Origin: Eledone cirrhosa
Taxonomy: Eukaryota
Assembly: GCA_964016885.1 (NCBI GenBank)
Contig: OZ024759.1
Location: 496,001 to 560,000, forward strand
Direction of reading: 5' to 3'
Length of the DNA stretch: 64,000 nt
The notes beneath the pieces were generated by a model. That model saw only the letters and a list, made by a program, of their open reading frames with translations, was not told where the DNA came from and did no database searches. Shown in pieces: positions 15,842 through 32,000 of this stretch. A program made the translations under genes and the position numbers. Position 1 is the stretch's first letter, and every line of letters starts with the position of its first letter.

Positions 15842-18800
15842 TGACAAAGTCTATATTAGTAACATGACACAGTCTATATTAGTAACATGACATAGTCTAT
15901 ATTAGTAACATGACAAAGTCTATATTAGTAGCATGACACAGTCTATATTAGTAACATGACACAGTCTATATTAGTAACATGACAGTCTATATTAGTAACA
16001 TGACAAAGTCTATATTAGTAGCATGACAAAGTCTATATTAGTCACATGACACAGTCTATATTAGTAACATGACAGTCTATATTAGTAACATGACACAGTC
16101 TATATTAGTAACATGACACAGTCTATATAAGTAACATGACAAAGTCTATATTAGTAGCATGACAAAGTCTATATTAGTAACATGACAAAGTCTATATTAG
16201 TAACATGACACAGTCTATATTAGTAACATGACAAAGTCTATATTAGTAACATGACAAAGTCTATATTAGTAACATGACACAGTCTATATTAGTAACATGA
16301 CACAGTCTATATTAGTAACATGACAAAGTCTATATTAGTAGCATGACAAAGTCTATATTAGTAACATGACAAAGTCTATATTAGTAACATGACACAGTCT
16401 ATATTAGTAACATGACAAAGACTATATTAGTAACATGACACAGTCTATATTAGTAACATGACAAAGTCTATATTAGTAACATGACAGTCTATATTAGTAA
16501 CATGACAGTCTATGTTAGTAGCACGACAAAGTCTATATTAGTAACATGACAAAGTCATATTAGTAACATGACACAGTCTATATTAGTAACATGACAAAGT
16601 CTATATTAGTAACATGACACAGTCTATATTAGTAACATGACAAAGTCTATATTAGTAACATGACACAGTCTATATTAGTAACATGACTTAGTCTATATTA
16701 GTAACATGACAAAGTCTATATTAGTAGCATGACACAGTCTATATTAGTAACATGACACAGTCTATATTAGTAACATGACAGTCTATATTAGTAACATGAC
16801 AAAGTCTATATTAGTAGCATGACAAAGTCTATATTAGTAACATGACACAGTCTATATTAGTAACATTACAGTCTATATTAGTAACATGACACAGTCTATA
16901 TTAGTAGCATTTACAAAGTCTATATTAGTAGCATGACACAGTCTATATTAGTAACATGACACAATCTATATTAGTAACATGACACAGTCTATATTAGTAA
17001 CATGACAAAGTCTATATTAGTAGCATGACAAAGTCTATATTAGTAACATGACAAAGTCTATATTAGTAACATGACACAGTCTATATTAGTAACATGACAA
17101 AGTCTATATTAGTAACATGACAAAGTCTATATTAGTAACATGAAACAGTCTATATTAGTAACATGACAAAGTCTATATTAGTAACATGACACTGTCTATA
17201 TTAGTAACTTGACAAAGTCTATATTAGTAACATGACACAGTCTATATTAGTAACATGACACAGTCTATATTAGTAACATGACAAAGACTATATTAGTAAC
17301 ATGACACAGTCTATATTAGTAACATGACAAAGTCTATATTAGTAACATGACAGTCTATATTAGTAACATGACAGTCTATATTAGTAGCATGACAAAGTCT
17401 ATATTAGTAACATGACAAAGTCATATTAGTAACATGACACAGTCTATATTAGTAACATGACACAGTCTATATTAGTAACATGACACAGTCTATATTAGTA
17501 ACATGACACAGTCTATATTAGTAACATGACAAAGTCTATATTAGTAACATGACAAAGTCTATATTAGTAACATGACAGTTTATATTAGTAACATGACACA
17601 GTCTATATTAGTAACATGACATAGTCTATATTAGTAACATGACAAAGTCTATATTAGTAACATGACAGTCTATATTGTAACATGACACAGTCTATATTAG
17701 TAACATGACACAGTCTATATTAGTAACATGACAGTCTATATTAGTAACATGACAAAGTCTATATTAGTAACATGACAAAGTCTATATTAGTAGCATGACA
17801 AAGTCTATATTAGTAACATGACAAAGTCTATATTAGTAACATGACACAGTCTATATTAGTAACATGACACAGTCTATATTAGTAACATGACAAAGTCTAT
17901 ATTAGTAGCATGACAAAGTCTATATTAGTAACATGACAAAGTCTATATTAGTAACATGACACAGTCTATATTAGTAACATGACAAAGTCTATATTAGTAA
18001 CATGACAAAGTCTATATTAGTAACATGAAACAGTCTATATTAGTAACATGACAAAGTCTATATTAGTAACATGACACTGTCTATATTAGTAACTTGACAA
18101 AGTCTATATTAGTAACATGACACAGTCTATATTAGTAACATGACACAGTCTATATTAGTAACATGACAAAGTCTATATTAGTAGCATGACAAAGTCTATA
18201 TTAGTAACATGACAAAGTCTATATTAGTAACATGACACAGTCTATATTAGTAACATGACAAAGTCTATATTAGTAACATGACACAGTCTATATTAGTAAC
18301 TTGACAAAGTCTATATTAGTAACATGACACAGTCTATATTAGTAACATGACATAGTCTATATTAGTAACATGACAAAGTCTATATTAGTAGCATGACACA
18401 GTCTATATTAGTAACATGACACAGTCTATATTAGTAACATGACAGTCTATATTAGTAACATGACAAAGTCTATATTAGTAGCATGACAAAGTCTATATTA
18501 GTCACATGACACAGTCTATATTAGTAACATGACAGTCTATATTAGTAACATGACACAGTCTATATTAGTAACATGACACAGTCTATATAAGTAACATGAC
18601 AAAGTCTATATTAGTAGCATGACAAAGTCTATATTAGTAACATGACAAAGTCTATATTAGTAACATGACACAGTCTATATTAGTAACATGACAAAGTCTA
18701 TATTAGTAACATGACAAAGTCTATATTAGTAACATGACACAGTCTATATTAGTAACATGACACAGTCTATATTAGTAACATGACAAAGTCTATATTAGTA

Positions 18801-20723
18801 GCATGACAAAGTCTATATTAGTAACATGACAAAGTCTATATTAGTAACATGACACAGTCTATATTAGTAACATGACAAAGACTATATTAGTAACATGACA
18901 CAGTCTATATTAGTAACATGACAAAGTCTATATTAGTAACATGACAGTCTATATTAGTAACATGACAGTCTATGTTAGTAGCACGACAAAGTCTATATTA
19001 GTAACATGACAAAGTCATATTAGTAACATGACACAGTCTATATTAGTAACATGACAAAGTCTATATTAGTAACATGACACAGTCTATATTAGTAACATGA
19101 CAAAGTCTATATTAGTAACATGACACAGTCTATATTAGTAACATGACTTAGTCTATATTAGTAACATGACAAAGTCTATATTAGTAGCATGACAGTCTAT
19201 ATTAGTAACATGACACAGTCTATATTAGTAACATGACAGTCTATATTAGTAACATGACAAAGTCTATATTAGTAGCATGACAAAGTCTATATTAGTAACA
19301 TGACACAGTCTATATTAGTAACATTACAGTCTATATTAGTAACATGACACAGTCTATATTAGTAGCATTTACAAAGTTTATATATTAGTAGCATGACACA
19401 GTCTATATTAGTAACATGACACAATCTATATTAGTAACATGACACAGTCTATATTAGTAACATGACAAAGTCTATATTAGTAGCATGACAAAGTCTATAT
19501 TAGTAACATGACAAAGTCTATATTAGTAACATGACACAGTCTATATTAGTAACATGACAAAGTCTATATTAGTAACATGACAAAGTCTATATTAGTAACA
19601 TGAAACAGTCTATATTAGTAACATGACAAAGTCTATATTAGTAACATGACACTGTCTATATTAGTAACTTGACAAAGTCTATATTAGTAACATGACACAG
19701 TCTATATTAGTAACATGACACAGTCTATATTAGTAACATGACAAAGACTATATTAGTAACATGACACAGTCTATATTAGTAACATGACAAAGTCTATATT
19801 AGTAACATGACAGTCTATATTAGTAACATGACAGTCTATATTAGTAGCATGACAAAGTCTATATTAGTAACATGACAAAGTCATATTAGTAACATGACAC
19901 AGTCTATATTAGTAACATGACACAGTCTATATTAGTAACATGACACAGTCTATATTAGTAACATGACACAGTCTATATTAGTAACATGACAAAGTCTATA
20001 TTAGTAACATGACAAAGTCTATATTAGTAACATGACAGTTTATATTAGTAACATGACACAGTCTATATTAGTAACATGACATAGTCTATATTAGTAACAT
20101 GACAAAGTCTATATTAGTAACATGACAGTCTATATTGTAACATGACACAGTCTATATTAGTAACATGACACAGTCTATATTAGTAACATGACAGTCTATA
20201 TTAGTAACATGACAAAGTCTATATTAGTAACATGACAAAGTCTATATTAGTAGCATGACAAAGTCTATATTAGTAACATGACAAAGTCTATATTAGTAAC
20301 ATGACACAGTCTATATTAGTAACATGACACAGTCTATATTAGTAACATGACAAAGTCTATATTAGTAGCATGACAAAGTCTATATTAGTAACATGACAAA
20401 GTCTATATTAGTAACATGACACAGTCTATATTAGTAACATGACAAAGTCTATATTAGTAACATGACAAAGTCTATATTAGTAACATGAAACAGTCTATAT
20501 TAGTAACATGACAAAGTCTATATTAGTAACATGACACTGTCTATATTAGTAACTTGACAAAGTCTATATTAGTAACATGACACAGTCTATATTAGTAACA
20601 TGACACAGTCTATATTAGTAACATGACAAAGTCTATATTAGTAGCATGACAAAGTCTATATTAGTAACATGACAAAGTCTATATTAGTAACATGACACAG
20701 TCTATATTAGTAACATGACAAAG
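15842..20723 (+). repeat. Tandem duplication with 2,460-bp period (~15,842-18,263 and ~18,302-20,723)
   Basis: Printed lines are identical at offset 2,460 (e.g. 16021=18481, 16501=18961, 16921=19381, 17581=20041), including the rare GTCACATG, TATAAG, TATGTTAG, GACTTAG and ACACAATC variants. Confidence 0.9.
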
Positions 20724-23700
20724 ACTATATTAGTAACATGACACAGTCTATATTAGTAACATGACAAAGTCTATATTAGTAACATGACAGTCTATATTAG
20801 TAACATGACAGTCTATATTAGTAGCACGACAAAGTCTATATTAGTAACATGATAAAAGTCATATTAGTAACATGACACAGTCTATATTAGTAACATGACA
20901 AAGTCTATATTAGTAACATGACACAGTCTATATTAGTAACATGACAAAGTCTATATTAGTAACATGACACAGTCTATATTAGTAACATGACATAGTCTAT
21001 ATTAGTAACATGACAAAGTCTATATTAGTAGCATGACACAGTCTATATTAGTAACATGACACAGTCTATATTAGTAACATGACAGTCTATATTAGTAACA
21101 TGACAAAGTCTATATTAGTAGCATGACAAAGTCTATATTAGTAACATGACACAGTCTATATTAGTAACATGACAGTCTATATTAGTAACATGACACAGTC
21201 TATATTAGTAACATGACGAAGTCTATATTAGTAGCATGACAAAGTCTATATTAGTAACATGACAGTCTATATTAGTAACATGACAAAGTCTATATTAGTA
21301 GCATTTACAAAGTCTATATTAGTAGCATGACACAGTCTATATTAGTAACATGACACAGTCTATATTAGTAACATGACAAAGTCTATATTAGTAGCATGAC
21401 AAAGTCTATATTAGTAACATGACAAAGTCTATATTAGTAACATGACACAGTCTATATTAGTAACATGACACAGTCTATATTAGTAACATGACAAAGTCTA
21501 TATTAGTAGCATGACAAAGTCTATATTAGTAGCATGACACAGTCTATATTAGTAACATGACACAGTCTATATTAGTAACATGACACAGTCTATATTAGTA
21601 ACATGACAGTCTATATTAGTAACATGACACAGTCTATATTAGTAACATGACGAAGTCTATATTAGTAGCATGACAAAGTCTATATTAGTAACATGACAGT
21701 TTATATTAGTAACATGACAAAGTCTATATTAGTAGCATTTACAAAGTCTATATTAGTAACATGACAAAGTCTATATTAGAAACATGACAAAGTCTATATT
21801 AGTAACATGACACAGTCTATATTAGTAACATGACACAGTCTATATTAGTAACATGACAAAGTCTATATTAGTAACATGACAGTCTATATTAGTAACATGA
21901 CAGTCTATATTAGTTGCACGACAAAGTCTATATTAGTAACATGACAAAGTCATATTAGTAACATGACACAGTCTATATTAGTAACATGACAAAGTCTATA
22001 TTAGTAACATGACACAGTCTATATTAGTAACATGACAAAGTCTATATTAGTAACATGACACAGTCTATATTAGTAACATGACATAGTCTATATTAGTAAC
22101 ATGACAAAGTCTATATTAGTAGCATGACACAGTCTATATTAGTAACATGACACAGTCTATATTAGTAACATGACAGTCTATATTAGTAACATGACAAAGT
22201 CTATATTAGTAGCATGACAAAGTCTATATTAGTCACATGACACAGTCTATATTAGTAACATGACAGTCTATATTAGTAACATGACACAGTCTATATTAGT
22301 AACATGACACAGTCTATATTAGTAACATGACAAAGTCTATATTAGTAGCATGACAAAGTCTATATTAGTAACATGACAAAGTCTATATTAGTAACATGAC
22401 ACAGTCTATATTAGTAACATGACAAAGTCTATATTAGTAACATGACAAAGTCTATATTAGTAACATGACACAGTCTATATTAGTAACATGACACAGTCTA
22501 TATTAGTAACATGACAAAGTCTATATTAGTAGCATGACAAAGTCTATATTAGTAACATGACAAAGTCTATATTAGTAACATGACACAGTCTATATTAGTA
22601 ACATGACAAAGACTATATTAGTAACATGACACAGTCTATATTAGTAACATGACAAAGTCTATATTAGTAACATGACAGTCTATATTAGTAACATGACAGT
22701 CTATATTAGTAGCACGACAAAGTCTATATTAGTAACATGACAAAGTCATATTAGTAACATGACACAGTCTATATTAGTAACATGACAAAGTCTATATTAG
22801 TAACATGACACAGTCTATATTAGTAACATGACAAAGTCTATATTAGTAACATGACACAGTCTATATTAGTAACATGACTTAGTCTATATTAGTAACATGA
22901 CAAAGTCTATATTAGTAGCATGACACAGTCTATATTAGTAACATGACACAGTCTATATTAGTAACATGACAGTCTATATTAGTAACATGACAAAGTCTAT
23001 ATTAGTAGCATGACAAAGTCTATATTAGTAACATGACACAGTCTATATTAGTAACATTACAGTCTATATTAGTAACATGACACAGTCTATATTAGTAACA
23101 TGACGAAGTCTATATTAGTAGCATGACAAAGTCTATATTAGTAACATGACAGTCTATATTAGTAACATGACAAAGTCTATATTAGTAGCATTTACAAAGT
23201 CTATATTAGTAGCATGACACAGTCTATATTAGTAACATGACACAGTCTATATTAGTAACATGACACAGTCTATATTAGTAACATGACAAAGTCTATATTA
23301 GTAGCATGACAAAGTCTATATTAGTAACATGACAAAGTCTATATTAGTAACATGACACAGTCTATATTAGTAACATGACAAAGTCTATATTAGTAACATG
23401 ACAAAGTCTATATTAGTAACATGAAACAGTCTATATTAGTAACATGACAAAGTCTATATTAGTAACATGACACTGTCTATATTAGTAACTTGACAAAGTC
23501 TATATTAGTAACATGACACAGTCTATATTAGTAACATGACACAGTCTATATTAGTAACATGACAAAGTCTATATTAGTAGCATGACAAAATCTTTATTAG
23601 TAACATGACAAAGTCTATATTAGTAACATGACACAGTCTATATTAGTAACATGACAAAGACTATATTAGTAACATGACACAGTCTATATTAGTAACATGA

Positions 23701-26044
23701 CAAAGTCTATATTAGTAACATGACAGTCTATATTAGTAACATGACAGTCTATATTAGTAGCATGACAAAGTCTATATTAGTAACATGACAAAGTCATATT
23801 AGTAACATGACACAGTCTATATTAGTAACATGACACAGTCTATATTAGTAACATGACACAGTCTATATTAGTAACATGACACAGTCTATATTAGTAACAT
23901 GACAAAGTCTATATTAGTAACATGACAAAGTCTATATTAGTAACATGACAGTTTATATTAGTAACATGACACAGTCTATATTAGTAACATGACATAGTCT
24001 ATATTAGTAACATGACAAAGTCTATATTAGTAACATGACAGTCTATATTGTAACATGACACAGTCTATATTAGTAACATGACACAGTCTATATTAGTAAC
24101 ATGACAGTCTATATTAGTAACATGACAAAGTCTATATTAGTAACATGACAAAGTCTATATTAGTAGCATGACAAAGTCTATATTAGTAACATGACAAAGT
24201 CTATATTAGTAACATGACACAGTCTATATTAGTAACATGACACAGTCTATATTAGTAACATGACAAAGTCTATATTAGTAGCATGACAAAGTCTATATTA
24301 GTAACATGACAAAGTCTATATTAGTAACATGACACAGTCTATATTAGTAACATGACAAAGTCTATATTAGTAACATGACAAAGTCTATATTAGTAACATG
24401 AAACAGTCTATATTAGTAACATGACAAAGTCTATATTAGTAACATGACACTGTCTATATTAGTAACTTGACAAAGTCTATATTAGTAACATGACACAGTC
24501 TATATTAGTAACATGACACAGTCTATATTAGTAACATGACAAAGTCTATATTAGTAGCATGACAAAGTCTATATTAGTAACATGACAAAGTCTATATTAG
24601 TAACATGACACAGTCTATATTAGTAACATGACAAAGACTATATTAGTAACATGACACAGTGTATATTAGTAACATGACAAAGTCTATATTAGTAACATGA
24701 CAGTCTATATTAGTAACATGACAGTCTATATTAGTAGCACGACAAAGTCTATATTAGTAACATGACAAAGTCATATTAGTAACATGACACAGTCTATATT
24801 AGTAACATGACAAAGTCTATATTAGTAACATGACACAGTCTATATTACTAACATGACAAAGTCTATATTAGTAACATGACACAGTCTATATTAGTAACAT
24901 GACATAGTCTATATTAGTAACATGACAAAGTCTATATTAGTAGCATGACACAGTCTATATTAGTAACATGACACAGTCTATATTAGTAACATGACAGTCT
25001 ATATTAGTAACATGACAAAGTCTATATTAGTAGCATGACAAAGTCTATATTAGTAACATGACACAGTCTATATTAGTAACATGACAGTCTATATTAGTAA
25101 CATGACACAGTCTATATTAGTAACATGACGAAGTCTATATTAGTAGCATGACAAAGTCTATATTAGTAACATGACAGTCTATATTAGTAACATGACAAAG
25201 TCTATATTAGTAGCATTTACAAAGTCTATATTAGTAGCATGACACAGTCTATATTAGTAACATGACACAGTCTATATTAGTAACATGACAAAGTCTATAT
25301 TAGTAGCATGACAAAGTCTATATTAGTAACATGACAAAGTCTATATTAGTAACATGACACAGTCTATATTAGTAACATGACACAGTCTATATTAGTAACA
25401 TGACAAAGTCTATATTAGTAGCATGACAAAGTCTATATTAGTAGCATGACACAGTCTATATTAGTAACATGACACAGTCTATATTAGTAACATGACACAG
25501 TCTATATTAGTAACATGACAGTCTATATTAGTAACATGACACAGTCTATATTAGTAACATGACGAAGTCTATATTAGTAGCATGACAAAGTCTATATTAG
25601 TAACATGACAGTCTATATTAGTAACATGACAAAGTCTATATTAGTAGCATTTACAAAGTCTATATTAGTAACATGACAAAGTCTATATTAGTAACATGAC
25701 ACAGTCTATATTAGTAACATGACACAGTCTATATTAGTAACATGACAAAGTCTATATTAGTAACATGACAGTCTATATTAGTAACATGACAGTCTATATT
25801 AGTAGCACGACAAAGTCTATATTAGTAACATGACAAAGTCATATTAGTAACATGACACAGTCTATATTAGTAACATGACAAAGTCTATATTAGTAACATG
25901 ACACAGTCTATATTAGTAACATGACAAAGTCTATATTAGTAACATGACACAGTCTATATTAGTAACATGACATAGTCTATATTAGTAACATGACAAAGTC
26001 TATATTAGTAGCATGACACAGTCTATATTAGTAACATGACACAG

Positions 26045-29000
26045 TCTATATTAGTAACATGACAAAGTCTATATTAGTAACATGACAGTCTATATTAGTA
26101 ACATGACAGTCTATATTAGTAGCATGACAAAGTCTATATTAGTAACATGACAAAGTCATATTAGTAACATGACACAGTCTATATTAGTAACATGACACAG
26201 TCTATATTAGTAACATGACACAGTCTATATTAGTAACATGACACAGTCTATATTAGTAACATGACAAAGTCTATATTAGTAACATGACAAAGTCTATATT
26301 AGTAACATGACAGTTTATATTAGTAACATGACACAGTCTATATTAGTAACATGACATAGTCTATATTAGTAACATGACAAAGTCTATATTAGTAACATGA
26401 CAGTCTATATTGTAACATGACACAGTCTATATTAGTAACATGACACAGTCTATATTAGTAACATGACAGTCTATATTAGTAACATGACAAAGTCTATATT
26501 AGTAACATGACAAAGTCTATATTAGTAGCATGACAAAGTCTATATTAGTAACATGACAAAGTCTATATTAGTAACATGACACAGTCTATATTAGTAACAT
26601 GACACAGTCTATATTAGTAACATGACAAAGTCTATATTAGTAGCATGACAAAGTCTATATTAGTAACATGACAAAGTCTATATTAGTAACATGACACAGT
26701 CTATATTAGTAACATGACAAAGTCTATATTAGTAACATGACAAAGTCTATATTAGTAACATGAAACAGTCTATATTAGTAACATGACAAAGTCTATATTA
26801 GTAACATGACACTGTCTATATTAGTAACTTGACAAAGTCTATATTAGTAACATGACACAGTCTATATTAGTAACATGACACAGTCTATATTAGTAACATG
26901 ACAAAGTCTATATTAGTAGCATGACAAAGTCTATATTAGTAACATGACAAAGTCTATATTAGTAACATGACACAGTCTATATTAGTAACATGACAAAGAC
27001 TATATTAGTAACATGACACAGTGTATATTAGTAACATGACAAAGTCTATATTAGTAACATGACAGTCTATATTAGTAACATGACAGTCTATATTAGTAGC
27101 ACGACAAAGTCTATATTAGTAACATGACAAAGTCATATTAGTAACATGACACAGTCTATATTAGTAACATGACAAAGTCTATATTAGTAACATGACACAG
27201 TCTATATTAGTAACATGACAAAGTCTATATTAGTAACATGACACAGTCTATATTAGTAACATGACATAGTCTATATTAGTAACATGACAAAGTCTATATT
27301 AGTAGCATGACACAGTCTATATTAGTAACATGACACAGTCTATATTAGTAACATGACAGTCTATATTAGTAACATGACAAAGTCTATATTAGTAGCATGA
27401 CAAAGTCTATATTAGTAACATGACACAGTCTATATTAGTAACATGACAGTCTATATTAGTAACATGACACAGTCTATATTAGTAACATGACGAAGTCTAT
27501 ATTAGTAGCATGACAAAGTCTATATTAGTAACATGACAGTCTATATTAGTAACATGACAAAGTCTATATTAGTAGCATTTACAAAGTCTATATTAGTAGC
27601 ATGACACAGTCTATATTAGTAACATGACACAGTCTATATTAGTAACATGACAAAGTCTATATTAGTAGCATGACAAAGTCTATATTAGTAACATGACAAA
27701 GTCTATATTAGTAACATGACACAGTCTATATTAGTAACATGACACAGTCTATATTAGTAACATGACAAAGTCTATATTAGTAGCATGACAAAGTCTATAT
27801 TAGTAGCATGACACAGTCTATATTAGTAACATGACACAGTCTATATTAGTAACATGACACAGTCTATATTAGTAACATGACAGTCTATATTAGTAACATG
27901 ACACAGTCTATATTAGTAACATGACGAAGTCTATATTAGTAGCATGACAAAGTCTATATTAGTAACATGACAGTCTATATTAGTAACATGACAAAGTCTA
28001 TATTAGTAGCATTTACAAAGTCTATATTAGTAACATGACAAAGTCTATATTAGTAACATGACACAGTCTATATTAGTAACATGACACAGTCTATATTAGT
28101 AACATGACAAAGTCTATATTAGTAACATGACAGTCTATATTAGTAACATGACAGTCTATATTAGTAGCACGACAAAGTCTATATTAGTAACATGACAAAG
28201 TCATATTAGTAACATGACACAGTCTATATTAGTAACATGACAAAGTCTATATTAGTAACATGACACAGTCTATATTAGTAACATGACAAAGTCTATATTA
28301 GTAACATGACACAGTCTATATTAGTAACATGACATAGTCTATATTAGTAACATGACAAAGTCTATATTAGTAGCATGACACAGTCTATATTAGTAACATG
28401 ACAAAGTCTATATTAGTAACATGACACAGTCTATATTAGTAACATGACAAAGACTATATTAGTAACATGACACAGTGTATATTAGTAACATGACAAAGTC
28501 TATATTAGTAACATGACAGTCTATATTAGTAACATGACAGTCTATATTAGTAGCACGACAAAGTCTATATTAGTAACATGACAAAGTCATATTAGTAACA
28601 TGACACAGTCTATATTAGTAACATGACAAAGTCTATATTAGTAACATGACACAGTCTATATTAGTAACATGACAAAGTCTATATTAGTAACATGACACAG
28701 TCTATATTAGTAACATGACATAGTCTATATTAGTAACATGACAAAGTCTATATTAGTAGCATGACACAGTCTATATTAGTAACATGACACAGTCTATATT
28801 AGTAACATGACAGTCTATATTAGTAACATGACAAAGTCTATATTAGTAGCATGACAAAGTCTATATTAGTAACATGACACAGTCTATATTAGTAACATGA
28901 CAGTCTATATTAGTAACATGACACAGTCTATATTAGTAACATGACGAAGTCTATATTAGTAGCATGACAAAGTCTATATTAGTAACATGACAGTCTATAT

Positions 29001-32000
29001 TAGTAACATGACAAAGTCTATATTAGTAGCATTTACAAAGTCTATATTAGTAGCATGACACAGTCTATATTAGTAACATGACACAGTCTATATTAGTAAC
29101 ATGACAAAGTCTATATTAGTAGCATGACAAAGTCTATATTAGTAACATGACAAAGTCTATATTAGTAACATGACACAGTCTATATTAGTAACATGACACA
29201 GTCTATATTAGTAACATGACAAAGTCTATATTAGTAGCATGACAAAGTCTATATTAGTAGCATGACACAGTCTATATTAGTAACATGACACAGTCTATAT
29301 TAGTAACATGACACAGTCTATATTAGTAACATGACAGTCTATATTAGTAACATGACACAGTCTATATTAGTAACATGACGAAGTCTATATTAGTAGCATG
29401 ACAAAGTCTATATTAGTAACATGACAGTCTATATTAGTAACATGACAAAGTCTATATTAGTAGCATTTACAAAGTCTATATTAGTAACATGACAAAGTCT
29501 ATATTAGTAACATGACACAGTCTATATTAGTAACATGACACAGTCTATATTAGTAACATGACAAAGTCTATATTAGTAACATGACAGTCTATATTAGTAA
29601 CATGACAGTCTATATTAGTAGCACGACAAAGTCTATATTAGTAACATGACAAAGTCATATTAGTAACATGACACAGTCTATATTAGTAACATGACAAAGT
29701 CTATATTAGTAACATGACACAGTCTATATTAGTAACATGACAAAGTCTATATTAGTAACATGACACAGTCTATATTAGTAACATGACATAGTCTATATTA
29801 GTAACATGACAAAGTCTATATTAGTAGCATGACACAGTCTATATTAGTAACATGACACAGTCTATATTAGTAACATGACAGTCTATATTAGTAACATGAC
29901 AAAGTCTATATTAGTAGCATGACAAAGTCTATATTAGTCACATGACACAGTCTATATTAGTAACATGACAGTCTATATTAGTAACATGACACAGTCTATA
30001 TTAGTAACATGACACAGTCTATATTAGTAACATGACAAAGTCTATATTAGTAGCATGACAAAGTCTATATTAGTAACATGACAAAGTCTATATTAGTAAC
30101 ATGACACAGTCTATATTAGTAACATGACAAAGTCTATATTAGTAACATGACAAAGTCTATATTAGTAACATGACACAGTCTATATTAGTAACATGACACA
30201 GTCTATATTAGTAACATGACAAAGTCTATATTAGTAGCATGACAAAGTCTATATTAGTAACATGACAAAGTCTATATTAGTAACATGACACAGTCTATAT
30301 TAGTAACATGACAAAGACTATATTAGTAACATGACACAGTCTATATTAGTAACATGACAAAGTCTATATTAGTAACATGACAGTCTATATTAGTAACATG
30401 ACAGTCTATATTAGTAGCACGACAAAGTCTATATTAGTAACATGACAAAGTCATATTAGTAACATGACACAGTCTATATTAGTAACATGACAAAGTCTAT
30501 ATTAGTAACATGACACAGTCTATATTAGTAACATGACAAAGTCTATATTAGTAACATGACACAGTCTATATTAGTAACATGACTTAGTCTATATTAGTAA
30601 CATGACAAAGTCTATATTAGTAGCATGACACAGTCTATATTAGTAACATGACACAGTCTATATTAGTAACATGACAGTCTATATTAGTAACATGACAAAG
30701 TCTATATTAGTAGCATGACAAAGTCTATATTAGTAACATGACACAGTCTATATTAGTAACATTACAGTCTATATTAGTAACATGACACAGTCTATATTAG
30801 TAACATGACGAAGTCTATATTAGTAGCATGACAAAGTCTATATTAGTAACATGACAGTCTATATTAGTAACATGACAAAGTCTATATTAGTAGCATTTAC
30901 AAAGTCTATATTAGTAGCATGACACAGTCTATATTAGTAACATGACACAGTCTATATTAGTAACATGACACAGTCTATATTAGTAACATGACAAAGTCTA
31001 TATTAGTAGCATGACAAAGTCTATATTAGTAACATGACAAAGTCTATATTAGTAACATGACACAGTCTATATTAGTAACATGACAAAGTCTATATTAGTA
31101 ACATGACAAAGTCTATATTAGTAACATGAAACAGTCTATATTAGTAACATGACAAAGTCTATATTAGTAACATGACACTGTCTATATTAGTAACTTGACA
31201 AAGTCTATATTAGTAACATGACACAGTCTATATTAGTAACATGACACAGTCTATATTAGTAACATGACAAAGTCTATATTAGTAGCATGACAAAATCTTT
31301 ATTAGTAACATGACAAAGTCTATATTAGTAACATGACACAGTCTATATTAGTAACATGACAAAGACTATATTAGTAACATGACACAGTCTATATTAGTAA
31401 CATGACAAAGTCTATATTAGTAACATGACAGTCTATATTAGTAACATGACAGTCTATATTAGTAGCATGACAAAGTCTATATTAGTAACATGACAAAGTC
31501 ATATTAGTAACATGACACAGTCTATATTAGTAACATGACACAGTCTATATTAGTAACATGACACAGTCTATATTAGTAACATGACACAGTCTATATTAGT
31601 AACATGACAAAGTCTATATTAGTAACATGACAAAGTCTATATTAGTAACATGACAGTTTATATTAGTAACATGACACAGTCTATATTAGTAACATGACAT
31701 AGTCTATATTAGTAACATGACAAAGTCTATATTAGTAACATGACAGTCTATATTGTAACATGACACAGTCTATATTAGTAACATGACACAGTCTATATTA
31801 GTAACATGACAGTCTATATTAGTAACATGACAAAGTCTATATTAGTAACATGACAAAGTCTATATTAGTAGCATGACAAAGTCTATATTAGTAACATGAC
31901 AAAGTCTATATTAGTAACATGACACAGTCTATATTAGTAACATGACACAGTCTATATTAGTAACATGACAAAGTCTATATTAGTAGCATGACAAAGTCTA

